A stretch of 64,000 bases of DNA, taken from assembly GCA_035084275.1 (NCBI GenBank), contig CM068754.1, forward strand, positions 18,414,001-18,478,000, given 5' to 3'. The DNA is from Hydrolagus colliei. Lineage: Eukaryota. This document shows positions 26,960 to 40,000 of the stretch, piece after piece (the stretch's first letter is position 1; each line of letters starts with the position of its first letter). The translations under genes were made by a program, and so were the position numbers. Below the pieces are notes generated by a model, which searched no databases, was not told where the DNA came from, and was given only the letters and a program-made list of their open reading frames with translations.

Positions 26960-27660
26960 TATACAACAACAACGGACGGCATCTCAGAGCGCTTCCCAAT
27001 AACGGATTTCAGGCCGAGCCAGGGGGTGGGAGGGAGGGGGAAAAGGGTGACCAAAAGAAAAGCCTTCAGGCACGACCTGAAAATAGGAAAGGTTGGGGAG
27101 GAGGGGGGAGGGGGGTGAGGCTAAGGGAGTGAGGAAGGAAGTTCCAGAGCCTTGGGGTGTAGTGGTTGAAGGCATGGCCACCAACGAGGAGGAGGCCAGA
27201 CCCGGTGGAGTGAAGGCAACTAGTGCTGTTGTGAGGAGAGAGAAGGTCAGAGAGGTAGGGAGTGGTGGGGGTGGGGTGGGGGAGGGGGGGGTGTACAGAG
27301 CATTTGGAGGGATTTGAAAACAAGAGTGAGGATCTTGACATCCTTCCACTCCGAGACAGGGGCCCAGTGAAGTCTGGCAAGGACTGGGGTAATTGGGGAG
27401 CAAAGTTTGGTTCGGGTGAGAATGTGGGCGGCAGAATTTTGAATTTCCTGGATTTTCTGAATGGTGGCGGAGAGGAGACCGGCGAGGAGGGCATTGGAAC
27501 AGTCCAGCTGAGGGGTGACAAAGGCGTGGACCATGGTGGGTTTCGGCGACTTTGGGGGTGAGATATTGGCGGAGACGGGTGATGGACGAAAGCAGTGCTG
27601 GTGAGGGACCAGATGTGGGGGAGGAAGGATAATTGGGGGGAGTCGATCCTGACACCGAGG
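26960..27660 (-). mobile_element. L2-clade LINE 3' fragment (ORF2 C-terminus, decayed)
   Basis: VHAFVTPQLDCSNALLAGL...IQNSAAHILTRT...ITPVLARLHW is typical of the L2 RT C-terminal region. Confidence 0.85.
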
Positions 27661-28825
27661 TTGTGTTTGGGTTCAGAGAGTTTTGGGGGGGGCAGGTCGG
27701 GTAGGAAGAGGACGAAGTAGAGAAGGTGAGAGCCGTGGGATTATCCTCACTCCCCTTTTTGCTCCAATTTCTTTAAAAAATTCTTGTTAGAGATTACTAT
27801 GTCACATCCCAACATAATATACACACAAATGTACAGTCAATTCACCTCACAGTCTACCCGAAGCACTTTGAGACATCTAGAAGACGTGAGAAGAGCTACA
27901 TCAAATGCAAAGATTATCATTACTATCATTATAACCGCACATCCCAATTCGCACATCCCTGAGCTCGGTGAGCAAGTGGTTAATGTAACTTTTGCTGGGA
28001 GCAATTAGTGTGGGTGTGGTCCATGGATGCTGACAAGCAAGTTTCAACCCTTTCAGTTTGACAATCCGGATTCCCTTTAAATGACAGCGGAATCGAAAGA
28101 AACCGGGAGTAGGAGGTGGCGCGCTGAGGTCCCAACACGCAGACCGACGTGCCAGCTCAGCTCGTTACTGTCTCCTCGCGCACACAGGTGAGCACACGGC
28201 AGCCTTGGTGTGGACAGCGACAACAACTGTGCTCGTATAGTGCCTGAACGCAGCCTCCCGCGGTAAGTACCTCATTTGATGTCACCGCGGATTTCATGTC
28301 AACCCAGATTCCATGTGTTGTTGTTGTTGTTTTTTAACACGATCGGGAATTATTCCCCCATTAATTTAGTCACTAACATAAGTCAAATGTGTTCAAGGCA
28401 TTGTGTAGCAAAACACGTAGCTGCTCGTATTTTCCCAAAAAAACCAGACCCTTTACACCTGGCAGTCAGTCTTGAGAAGCTTTTCAGATGATTCAGCCAC
28501 TCGCAATAAGGTGACGGATAAAAAATTTTGCTTTGTAAAACGCTCAAGCCATTTCTCTCCAGGGCAAATCTATTATCCTCTCTGTTGGAGCCTGTCTACC
28601 AGGGGATGATATATATCCACCTCTGTTTCTGGATTAGCCTTTCAAACCTTTCTCTCGCTATCTCATCGTGGTCCTTCAGGACGGTGTCCAGGCAAACTTT
28701 GATGTCCAACCTTGACACTCGAGGTCGATGCTTCCTCGTAAATCTTCAGTCAATACTCTCACTGTCTTCTCTATTGGGATGTGCAGATCTCCTCCTTCTG
28801 TACCTCGGCTGGTGGACTCCTACCG

Positions 28826-31800
28826 TCCTGGCGTTTGATATCGCGGCTTTTCACGTCTCCTAGACCGTGTCTCAAAGCGCTTCACAGAATACGCGGCAAA
28901 GGGAATTGACTGTGTGTATTTGTGGGCGAAATGCGGCAGCCAATTGCGCACAGCAGCGTCTGTCTGTCTGTCCGTCCCCCCTCCCCCCCACCCACACACA
29001 CACACACAAACAGCCGTGGATTGGAAATGACCGATGTTATTATTGTGTTTCTTTTTGGGGGGGAGGGATTATTATTACCGGTAGGCAAATTGACTGTGTG
29101 GAGTAAGGAAACTCGCCCAAGATTTTGCCCTGACCTGCCTGGATATACGGTCGATTCACTTTGCAAGGATTTTTATTATCTGCCCACAGAAGAGCTGCGA
29201 TCTTATCAGAGAGGCCTGGAAACAGATAAAACTAAGCACTAAGGTGATCAAGCTCAGCCTTCTCTTACCCTCATTCCCAGAGATGGGCTCAGTGTGTCCA
29301 CTGTCCATCCTTGGGCAGATCCTGGAGTATACACGCCGGATAAAATCCAGGAACTATTTAGCCTCCTCTGTCGCTCAGTGGTTTAGAGCACTCGTCTTAC
29401 AAGCTTTACTGGATTCAATTCCAGGTAGAGTCAAACCTTGGGCAAGTCTCCTTACTCCGCACACCTCCTGATATGAAAGGCATTATATAAGCGTCATTTT
29501 GTTGTTGTATTTTGCTGCTGTAATAATAATCCCACCCAAAACAATTGGTCATTTCAACCCACGGCTGTTTGTGTGTGGGACACGGCTGTGTGTGTGCACA
29601 ATCGGCTGCTGCGTTTCGCCCGCACATATATACAGTCAATTCATTTTACAGTCCATCCTTTGAAACGTCTAGAAGACGTGAAAATCGCCGTGTCAAATGC
29701 AAGGATTATCATTACTATTACTATTATTTATTCCCAAGATTTGCAGTTTCAAGACAGGCACTAGGCCAAACTTCCCGAGCTTCCCGAGGCACTAGGGCCA
29801 AACGCTTTGTGGTACTTTACGGACGCAACAGAAGCTTCCCACACACTCCTAACGAGAGAGGAAGTCAAACCATTCCTTACTGATCAATGGACCCCTGGCC
29901 TCAAGCTTGACTTGGCCTTTGTTGTCCATTGTTACCCTGGGAAGCTGGGAGAAGGGTGTGTTGGGGTGGGGGGGGGTGGGGGGGGTGGTGGGGGGTGGGG
30001 GGGTGTTGATGGCTACTTTTTGACACTGATTTAGAAACCTTTGGATTCAACTAGCAGGTAGAGACCGTGAACGTTCCCAGGATTGAAAAGCAGATTACAG
30101 TAGACACTGGCTTTACGTGTCTGCGCCATGATATTGATGGGATGAGATGAGACAGGAGATTAGTAGGCATTTCTGCCGCACACAAAGCAGTGAATGTGCA
30201 ACACACACTCCCAGCAAAGAGCCGGCCTTATCTCAGTTAACTCCTTCAGGGCAAGAACCGAGCGAGTATCTGATCAGGAACGAAACGGAGGATTTAATTC
30301 TCACATTCGACAAAGACTTCTAGCGCGTCAAGGAATATATAGTATAATACTGTCCTGTAAAGTGAATTGACTGTATATATATATTTGTGGGGGTAGCGTC
30401 TCCCCCACCCACACACACACACAGTCGTGGGTTGGTTGGTATTATTATTATACTGGAAAGCGATCTGCCAATCGACCAACAATGGGTCCTACTTCCTGCT
30501 GGGGAACCAGAGGCAAGTAGAGCAAGAGAAACTTGCCCAACACTTCACCCTGAACCATTTCCTCTTGTGTGCCAGGCAAGCAAACTAACCAACATGTTAA
30601 AAATACTACAATAATAATCATCCTTGCATTATGATATGGAGCGTTTCACGTCTTCAGGACGTCTCAAAGCGGCTTCACAGACTACACTGTAAAATGAATT
30701 GACTATATATAAATATATTTGTGGGCGAAACACGACAGCCAATTGCGCTCAGCAGCGTCCCCCCCCCCCACAAACAGTCATGGACTAAAACGACCGATTT
30801 CATTTATAGCCAATTTTTTTTAAAGAGATTATTATTAAGCGTGTGTGTGTGCGGGTGGAGTAAGGAAACTTGCCCATGGTTTTGCCCTGCTTGGAATCGA
30901 ACCCAGTTCTGTCGCTTGTAAGGCGAGTGAGTGCTCTAACCCACTGAGCTGTAGGAGCTCCACACGTGTGTAGAGCAAGAGCTGGGAGTGGGAACGAGCG
31001 GGAGCAGGAGGAACAAAGCTCCCACATTCTGAAGCAGGTCTGAGCATCTCCCTGACGTTACGCTCTGTTTTAATGTGTAACTCTCTGACACTCCCCAACC
31101 GGCAGCTGTTGGCATCTGCTGCCACTATCAGATCGAGTGAATCCTTCCTGCCTCAGAGAGATAATAGCGGCTGGTGTGTCTCGCAACCTTATCGGGTCTC
31201 TGGTCACTTGCAACTTCTCTTCAACGTCGACAACTTCGCAATTTGCCCACAGGTCCGAGGCTGGGGGCCGTTCCACGGTTGTTGGGATTTCCCAATCCCG
31301 AGTTCTGGACAACAGCTGGGGGAGTGTCTCAGGGTTAAACCGAGATCTCCATGGTTGTCCAGAACTACTAGAATGGGTCAACGGGTCATGGTTCCAGTTG
31401 CTTTTTTTTACAGACAGAGTTAGACCAGTTAGACCTGTAATTTCAGTTAGATCAGTTAGACCTGCAGGTCCACAGCAGAGAGAAACAACACCATCCTGAG
31501 ACCAACCGAAGTTTGATTCAGCTGAATCCTGTTTTAACCGGCAGTTTACCTCTGTATTTTAACCAGTCTGTATCTCACACTGTGTGAGTTTATATATAGA
31601 TATATATATTAAAAACAGTACCTTTTATTAAGGATTGTTCGGTCATCATTTGAACTCTTGGGATCGGAAATCCCAACACAGTGGTGGAGTCTGACTGTAT
31701 ATATTTGTGGGCGAAACGCGGCAGCCAATTGCGCACAGTGAGCCCCACAAACAGTCGTGGGTTGAAAATAACCAATTTTTAATTACTGTATTGTGTTTTT

Positions 31801-31925
31801 TTGCAGGATTATTAGGCGTGTGGAGTAAGGAAACTTGCCCAAGGTTTCGCCCTGATCTGCCTGGATTCGAACACAAGGTCTCACGCTTGAAAGGCGAGTG
31901 CTCTAACCACTGAGCCACAGGAGTA
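28826..31925. mobile_element. Cluster of five SINE copies: ~28826-29150 (-), 29362-29730 (+), 30300-30560 (-), 30610-30958 (-), 31692-31925 (-)
   Basis: Repeated family motifs in both orientations. Confidence 0.8.
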
Positions 31926-32512
31926 TGATCTGAAAATGAGGAAGAAAGGGGGTCAGGCTGAGGAATTGAAGGGAGAGAGTTCCAAGGTGTTTGGGGAGTA
32001 GTGTGGCTGAAAGAAAGTCCGCTGATGGTGGAGGGCACCAGGGATAAATACGGGGATGGAGTCGGCTGAACAGAGACAGTGGATGGTGGAGTGGGGGGAG
32101 TTAACCAGATCAGTGAGGTAGGGAGGTTCCAAGGTATGAAGGGTACAGGATCTTTAACAATTGCCAGTGGAGCCTGGCAAGGATTAGTGCAATGGGGCTA
32201 ATGGGAGATTAGTGTGGGTGACTATGGTGGTGGCTCAGTTTTTTAATGAGTTGGATGTTTGTGGATAGTGGAGTTGGGAAGACAGGCGAAGGAGGCCATT
32301 GGAATGAGATAACAAATGCGTTACGAGCTGGCAGCTACAAGGAAATCTACTCACTGGCTTCTGCGTGTACGTACGTGGGTGTGTATAGTCTCCATAATGC
32401 AGCGAGACAGTTATTTATTGGACAATCCTGTTTATGAAATATCCACGAGTTGTTTTACGTTTGCTCCGCAGGCTGCGCAACCGGAAGGGGCTGAGCGTTG
32501 GGAGGAAACGGG

Positions 32513-32611
32513 ATGTGCGAGCCGGCCACGAGGCACGTTTGCTCGGTGTGTCTCACGGGGATGTACGGTTGCCGTTGGCAATGGCTCCAACCGCGGATTT
32601 CGGCCAAAAAG
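32513..32611 (+). CDS. GDPD2: GDPD2 coding exon 1
   Basis: Acceptor ends 32471; [33 protein letters not shown]|gtacag. Confidence 0.85.
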
Positions 32612-35600
32612 GTACAGCGCTGTGTGATTCAGAGAAAGTTATTGTTCCAGTGGCCGGGTAATAATAACGTGGGCGTGAAGGGGAGAGAGGATGTAGAGGA
32701 CACCAGATCCACCAAATACTCGTCAGCCCCTAAAGCATTATTGCAACTTGCTAACAGTCACCTGTTGGCATCTGTGTTTGTGATCCATTCCATGATAGTT
32801 GGTTGTCTAAACCAAATTGCTTTTAAACCCCCCCAGAGCAGCTATAGTACAATTCTCTTTCAAGGTTTCCAGCTTTCTGCTGGATGTTCTGCCATCGTCT
32901 CTTTGTCATTTATACACGAGGTCACAAATTGTGTCTCGCATTTCATTTGTGAAACGTGTTGGGATTCTAGTCGTGTTGTCATGACACAATCCTTGGGCTG
33001 TGGCGTGGGTTAATCAGCACCAACATAGCCCGAGGTCCCCCACCGTCTCCTGTGGGGAACATCTGGACGCGATAGGAGGAAAATGACTGACTGTGAAACC
33101 ACATTCTGACTGCCACTTCCTTCATTGTCTATAAACCAGTAAACAGCAGAAACGCCTCGGGCACAATGTAATCCACATCCCTTTTCGCCTGAGCTGAAGT
33201 GTGTTTTCTGTTCACATCAGTCACTCCTGGAGCTGAAGCAAAGCTGGGAACCTTCACGTCCTGTCCAGATTGTCTTGCGTTGTCACCAGGACCTGAGATC
33301 TGACCCAGACCTGGACATGGGGAGGGTGGAGGTCCTGGCCACAGCCGCTGTGATACACTTCCCACCTGAGGAGAGATCTGCTCTCCCTCCCTCACACACA
33401 CACACACAGTGATCTGCCCTCACACACCCACTGAGATGTACCCTCACACACACACACAGTGATCTGCCCTCACACACACACTGAGATGTACCCTCACACA
33501 CACACACAGTGATCTGCCCTCACACACACACTGAGATGTACCCTCACATACACAGATCTGTTCAGATCAGTTATGGCTTCAGATCCTTTGTCAGGACTTC
33601 GTCAGTTCTGACGAAGGGTTGTAGACGCGAAACGTTGACTCCTTTTCCTCTCTCCATGGACGCTGCCTGACCTGCCGAGTTTCCCCAGCAACTTTTGTTT
33701 GTGTTTCAGATTCCCAGTGTCTGTAGTATTTTGTGTTTTGAGATCTGTTCTCATACTGGGTTCAAGTCACATTGTCCTGTGACAACTTGGGGCTGAGAAA
33801 AATTTGGGGTACAGCCCAATGTAGCTCTCAGCATAGCCCTCAGTATTACCCTCAGCCCTCAGTATAGCCCAATATAGCCTACTGTAGCTCTCAGTACACT
33901 ATAGCCCTCAGTGTAGCCCAGTGTAGCTGACTATAGCCCAGTATAGCCCTTAAGGGCCCATGGCAGACTGTCAGATAAACACTGGCCCTGTGTGTCCTGT
34001 CCCAATGTGCAGCTCCGCTCATTCATGTGATGATTTCTGCCCGAGTATCGACAGAAACGCACGAATCCTGCACAAAGACGCGCTCTGTCATTTAAATAAA
34101 AGGCTAAAAAAATACCTCCCTGAGCACTCGAGGGGAAACTATGTGTGAGGCAGGTCCCTCCTTCCCATCTCAGCCAGTTTGTGAGTTGCCACCGGATATG
34201 TGGTTTCTAACACTGTTGTTATCTTACTTAGATAGTCGAAAGGGAATTGGACACAGAGACAGTGCAACTCACCTTAGCTGCCATCTCAAGGGTGGTGTGA
34301 TTGAGACTTGGTGGGTGGCGGGGGCTGAGGTGATGGGGCCAGGAGTGGAGTAGGGAGAGCCAGGGTAACCCTGCTGAAAGATGCCATCTCTGGCAAGGTC
34401 CCAATGGCATCACTCTGTGGTACTCTGAGCATCGGGCTTGACAACACTTACCATGAGATTCACTTAAGAATAATAATAATAATAATCTTTCCATTTGATG
34501 TAGCGCTGTAAAGTGAATTGACTGTATATATATATATTTGTGGGCGAAACGCGACAGCTGATTACGCACAGCAGTGTTTCCCCCCCACCCTCCTACCACA
34601 CACAGTCGTGGATTGAAAATGACCAATTTTTATTATCGTATTTTTTTTTGACCGATTAGTACTTCTTACACGTTTGCGTGTTGTTTGGTTTGAACGTACA
34701 GTGCCGTGTATGGCTGGTGAAGATCTGTGGTGTCCGCCTTCCTGCTGCCTTTATCTGCAGGGAGCAGTGAGATGGGTGGGTTAGTCCTGGCTCTGACACC
34801 CATTACCTACACCCCTCCCTCCTCCCCCCACCCCCCCGCTACTTTTATGGGGGAGATTCCGATCCTTCCTTTGGTCATTGCAGGCGGAGTATGCGTGGTT
34901 TGGCTCCTCTCCTGTGCCTTTGGGCTTGTCGTCATCTGGTTTTACTGCTGGTGGGCGCTGTACAATGACTACAACAATTTAAACTGGTGAGTTGTTCCTG
35001 GGAAACCTCCTCCCACGCTTCCTGTGGGAGAATGCTCGATGCGTTGAGGCGGGGGCTCCCAAACCTCCGGGTAAAATCCTGGGTTGTGCCTGGACTGCCG
35101 GCACAAAACGGTTGTAGGCTTTGCCTACGCTCGCCAACAGTTCTCTGTAAAAAGCCCTCGAGGTAGACTCGAGGCGGGTATCATTATCATTAGATGATTG
35201 TGATCTTATCGTGAAAGGAAGTTTCGGTTCCGCGTCTGTCACTCACATCCCCGAGACTCAATACAGCCAGAGTGCCCGAGTTTGGTACAACAACAACAAC
35301 CACAACCACAACAAAATTACACTTGTAATTGTATAGCGCCTTTCACGTCAGGGGGACGTCCCAAGGCGCTGGACAGCTGTGGTGGCTTGACTCACCCAGG
35401 ACCTCCTCTCCGCTGCTCTGCCACAGGTATCTATTCATGAAGCTGAACCGATGGATCGACTGGTCGGTGGTTCTGTTGACGATTACGGCCACACTCTTCA
35501 CTTACTGCTCTCTGATGATGGTACGTTTACTGACTGCCGCTGGGCATTTCATATCAAAACCTACACAGACACACACGCACATTGATCTCCATCCCTCCTC

Positions 35601-37001
35601 CTCTCCTCTCCTCCTCTGAAGAAAATCAATGAAAAGGGAAAAAAAAATGAAGTCAAGTCTTTGAAGTGGAGTCCTCTGCACAGACAATGTCAGCGTGTGT
35701 GAGCGCCCTCCATTGGGACCTAAATGAACTACAGTACATACGAGTGAAACATGAAAGCTCACCAACATGGTGGGTCACTGGGGTGGGGGGGGGGACAGTG
35801 TAACTCTGGTACGGTGGGGCTGGGGTTGGGGGGGGTGAGGGGGCTTTGCTGGTTTTGTCCTCTTGGACACTGCTCCTTCCGTGACCAAGTCTCCGCTCTC
35901 CCTCCTTACCGCAAATATCTTTCTTTCCCTCCCATCGGTTCAGTGATCCCGATAACAACAACAACAGCTTGGATTTATGTAGCCCCCTCACTCACTCACT
36001 CCACGCCAGACAGCGTCTCAGAGCGCTTCACAATAACGGATCCGAGGCCCGAGCCGGGGGGGTAGTGGGGGGGGGAGGGGAAAAGGTGACCAAAGGCATG
36101 GTCGAAAAGAAAGGGCTTCAGCTGAGTCCTGAAACTAGGAAAAGTGTGGGGGGGGGGTGGGGGGGGGGGGGAGTGAGGGAGGGAGTTCCAGAGCTTCACA
36201 ATAGTCTTTGTGAAGTGCGTTGAGGAGGTTGCGTGGCGCGCTGTACCAATGTCGGTTGTTTCTCACTGACCCTCGGGATGTGCGGCTTAATTTTCAGATG
36301 ATCGCTGTGGCTCACATGTCTGTCGGACTGCAGTTATATTTACACTGGATACACAAGGTGATTCTTGCCCTCTCTGTGTGCTTTCCTCAGTTACTAGGGC
36401 TCAGGTAACAAGAGTGGGAGGGGGGGGCAGAGGGGGTGTTTTGATTTCGTATTATTATTTAATGACCACTGGCCACATCCTAGTGTCATGGTTTACTAAT
36501 ACATGTGTTTCTGTCGGATGGGGGATTAATAATAAGAATAAGAATAAGAATAATAATCTTTGCATTTGATGTAGTGGCTTTTCACCTCTTCTGGACATGT
36601 GTCTCAAAGCGCTTCACAGAACATACTGTAAAGTGAACACACCGAATCACATCTCCAATGTTTAAGAGTATCCAAATCCAGAGTCCACTTGTCTACACAG
36701 TCCCCGTATCTCTCTCCCAAGATGCAATGTTACCTCGCTGTCCTGATTCTAGGGAATATTAAGCGCAGATTGACAGAAGCCGGGAGGAATCCCTAAGTCC
36801 AGCCGATCGGACTGAGCTGAGCTGTCATCACATCTCCAAACCCAGCTGGCTCAGGAGCTGGACTACTGCGGGCAGCACAGAGGGTTGACTCGATTCCAAT
36901 ATCCGTTGGCAAGCAAGCCACCTTAGGTCAGCTCGGCCACACGGAGACCTCGCTTACCCTCCACACCCCCACCCAATACCCTGTGCTGATCCCACATGCT
37001 C

Positions 37002-37076
<75 letters not shown>

Positions 37077-40000
37077 CTAGGTTAACTTTATAATAAATAT
37101 AAATATTTACTCACAGGTTATAGTGTTGCTGCTGATATTCCTGACCCTGGTGGTGATTGTCAGTGTTGGGGTGAAGTGGACACACGGCTGGAGCACGATC
37201 CTCATTTCATTCCAGGTGAGTTTTCCTGCCTGTCGAGACGTCGATGAGTGCGTGGTTGAATTAGTTTGCCTGAGCGTGTACCCTGGGGACGTGACTGGGG
37301 CCTCTCCCTCTCAGCGACTTGTTTGTGTCGCAGTGATCCCCCCACCCCAAACCTCCGTCCGCCCGCACCCCCCCCCCCAATCCCCCCCCCCACCCCCAAT
37401 CCCCCCCCTCCGCAATGCTAATCTTTCCTGTGGATTTTCAGAAGCACAAAATATATGCCACCTCGAGGCAGGGAGAGAGGGAAGGAGACGTGTCTCACAG
37501 CGAGGATTGTAAATAGAATTATTGCTGAAAGCAAAGTGTCTCAGGAGGAGGGAGGCACCGGGGGGGGGGGGGGTTGTGAGCTGCAATAACAAGCTCTGTC
37601 CGGGGGCTGAGTGAACATGAAGATCAGTTTGGTGGGAACTGTCTCATTTCCACGTTAATAATAATAATAATAATCCTGGCGTTTGATATCGCGGCTTTTC
37701 ACATCTTATCGGTGTCTCAAAGCCGCTTCACGAATAGACTGTAAAGTGAATTATTGACTGTATGTATATTTGCGGGAGAGCGAAACGCGGCAGCCGATTG
37801 CGCACAGCAGCGTTCCCCCCCCCCCCCCCCCCAATCGTGGATTGGGATGACCAATTTTATTATTGTGTTGGTTGGTTGTTTTTTGGGGGGGCAAAATCTG
37901 GCTGACTGGTATGAGAAGATACAGGGTAATTGGTGTCATTTAGAAGCATTTTGAGAACATGTCTGCTCTTGTCCAAGCTGTTGTGAACCTCTCCTGCCTG
38001 CTCAGGTTACAGCTCCGTTCATGCACCTCGGAGCGGTCATCGCAGTGACGGCTGTGTGTTGGGTCATCATTGGTCTCCTTTTCCAAGCCACGAGAGGCAA
38101 GTAATGGGGTGTGGGAGGTGGGGGGGGGGGGGGGGGGGGGGGGAGCAGTATAGAATATGCTGTGAAGTGAATTGACTGTATATATTTGTGGGTGAATAAA
38201 TGCATCATCTAACATTTGGACAGTAAACAGGGTCTGCGATAAATTAGACGCGGTGGTTCTGGGTACAACGCATGTAATTGCCACTAAGGTTTTTTATTTG
38301 ATTTATATTTTTTCTCTCTCTCTAGTTTCACGGATATTTATCTGTGTTCTGTACCTGGCAGTGGTGATCAGCCTTTACCTCATTCCTCTGGCAGTCTGGT
38401 CTCCCTGCATCATTGAGATGGAGGCTTTGGGACCCAAACCAGCAATAATGGGGCATCGAGGAGCACCCATGGTAAATACCACCTCTGTCTCCAACCCCCT
38501 GCTGTCCCTGACCTGGGAGTGTTGACGCGTAGTGTAGAGGGAGATTAACTATGACTCTAACCCTGACCTGGGAGTGTAGGCACACAGTGTAGAGGGAGAT
38601 TAACTATGACTCTAACCCTGACCTGGGAGTGTAGGCACACAGTGTAGAGGGAGCTTTACTGTGACTCTAACCCTGACCTGGGAGTGTGGACGGACGCACA
38701 ATGTAGAGAGAGCTTTACTGTGTCTCTAACCCTGACCTGGGAGTGTGGACGCACAGTGTGGAAGGAGATTTACTCTGTCCTGTAGCTGACGGTGACTGCA
38801 CTGACAGCCGAATGATGACAGGGCCACTCTCTATCTGCTCGCAGTTGGCTCCAGAGAACACGCTGATGTCTTTTCAGGAGACAGTGAAATGTGAAGCCAA
38901 AGTGTTTGAGTCCGATGTACAGATCAGGTGAGCGCCGTTGCCTACTGTACCCTGGGCCTGGCAGGAACGTTAGCCATTCGCCTGCTCTGGTTCCCGTCCC
39001 ATCCGCCCTCAGTGACAAAGGCAGGTGTGGATGTCACTGAGGACTTCATGACTATTGTCCTTCCTAGTTCAGGTCTCGGCTAAAGACCTTTCTCTTCGAC
39101 CGCGCCTTCGGTCACCTTTCTCCCCCGCCCCCCCCCCCGCCCTTGGTTCGGGTCCCGGGATCCGTTAATGTGAAGCGCTCTGAGACGCAGTCCGGCCGGG
39201 AATAAGGGAGTGAGTGAGGGAGTGAGTGAGGGAGGGAGTGAGGGAGGGAGTGAGGGCGCTAGATAAATCAAAGTTGTTGTTGTTGTTATTGAATTGTATT
39301 TCGAACAAATTGGGAATTTCTCTTGTTGTCCTCGCCAACAATCCATCCCCACCCAAAAAATAAGACATCGGGCAACGTACGTTTGTGGGTTGTTGCTGTC
39401 ATAGAATCATAGAATTTTACGGCAGAAAAGGAGGACATTCGGCCCATCTAGTCTGTGCCGGCTCTCTCCCGAAACCCAACAGACCTGTGACCAAATAGCT
39501 CGCCATTGTTCGTTCTCAAATTGATTCCCGTTACAGTAATCGTGTGAACTGGTTTGTGACAGCCTTGTGACACGAAGGCGATGGACCCGAACAAAGGAAT
39601 GCTATTATATTCGTGTATAAAATAGAAATATGTATTCACAAACCATACACGGTCATTGTAATTCACAATTTCCAGACTCAATAAAGAAAGGAAACATTCA
39701 AATCCTTCGGGGGGTTTTTAAAAAATAAAATGTGTCAGAGTGAAGAGCTTTGCAATGATAATAATACAGTAATCCTGGCATTTGATATCATGGCTTTTCA
39801 TGTCTTCTCGTCGTCTCAAAACGCTTCACAGAATACACTGTAAAGTGAATTGACTGTACATATATATATTTGTGGGCGAAACGCGGCAGCCGATTGCGCA
39901 CAGCAGTGTCGTTGTCTCCCCCCCACCCCCATCCCCCCCCCCGTTCCCCCCCCCCCCCCACCCCCCACACACACACACACACAGTCGTGGGTTTAAATTA

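Noticed and set aside
28500-28820. Unique, coding-looking stretch on the minus strand
   Set aside because: Stops in the frames I translated and no family recognised; possibly an old TE fragment. A tBLASTx search would decide.
31070-31381. Minus-strand 103-aa ORF that looks protein-like
   Set aside because: No recognisable homology, non-ATG start, no convincing splice context; overlaps the inverted-repeat element.
33010-33035. REST/RE1-like TCAGCACC
   Set aside because: Only the left half-site is present; there is no GGACAG half.
38503-38775. CRISPR-like periodic repeats
   Set aside because: Whole units repeat without unique spacers; eukaryotic intron; no cas genes. The same applies to 33390-33560.
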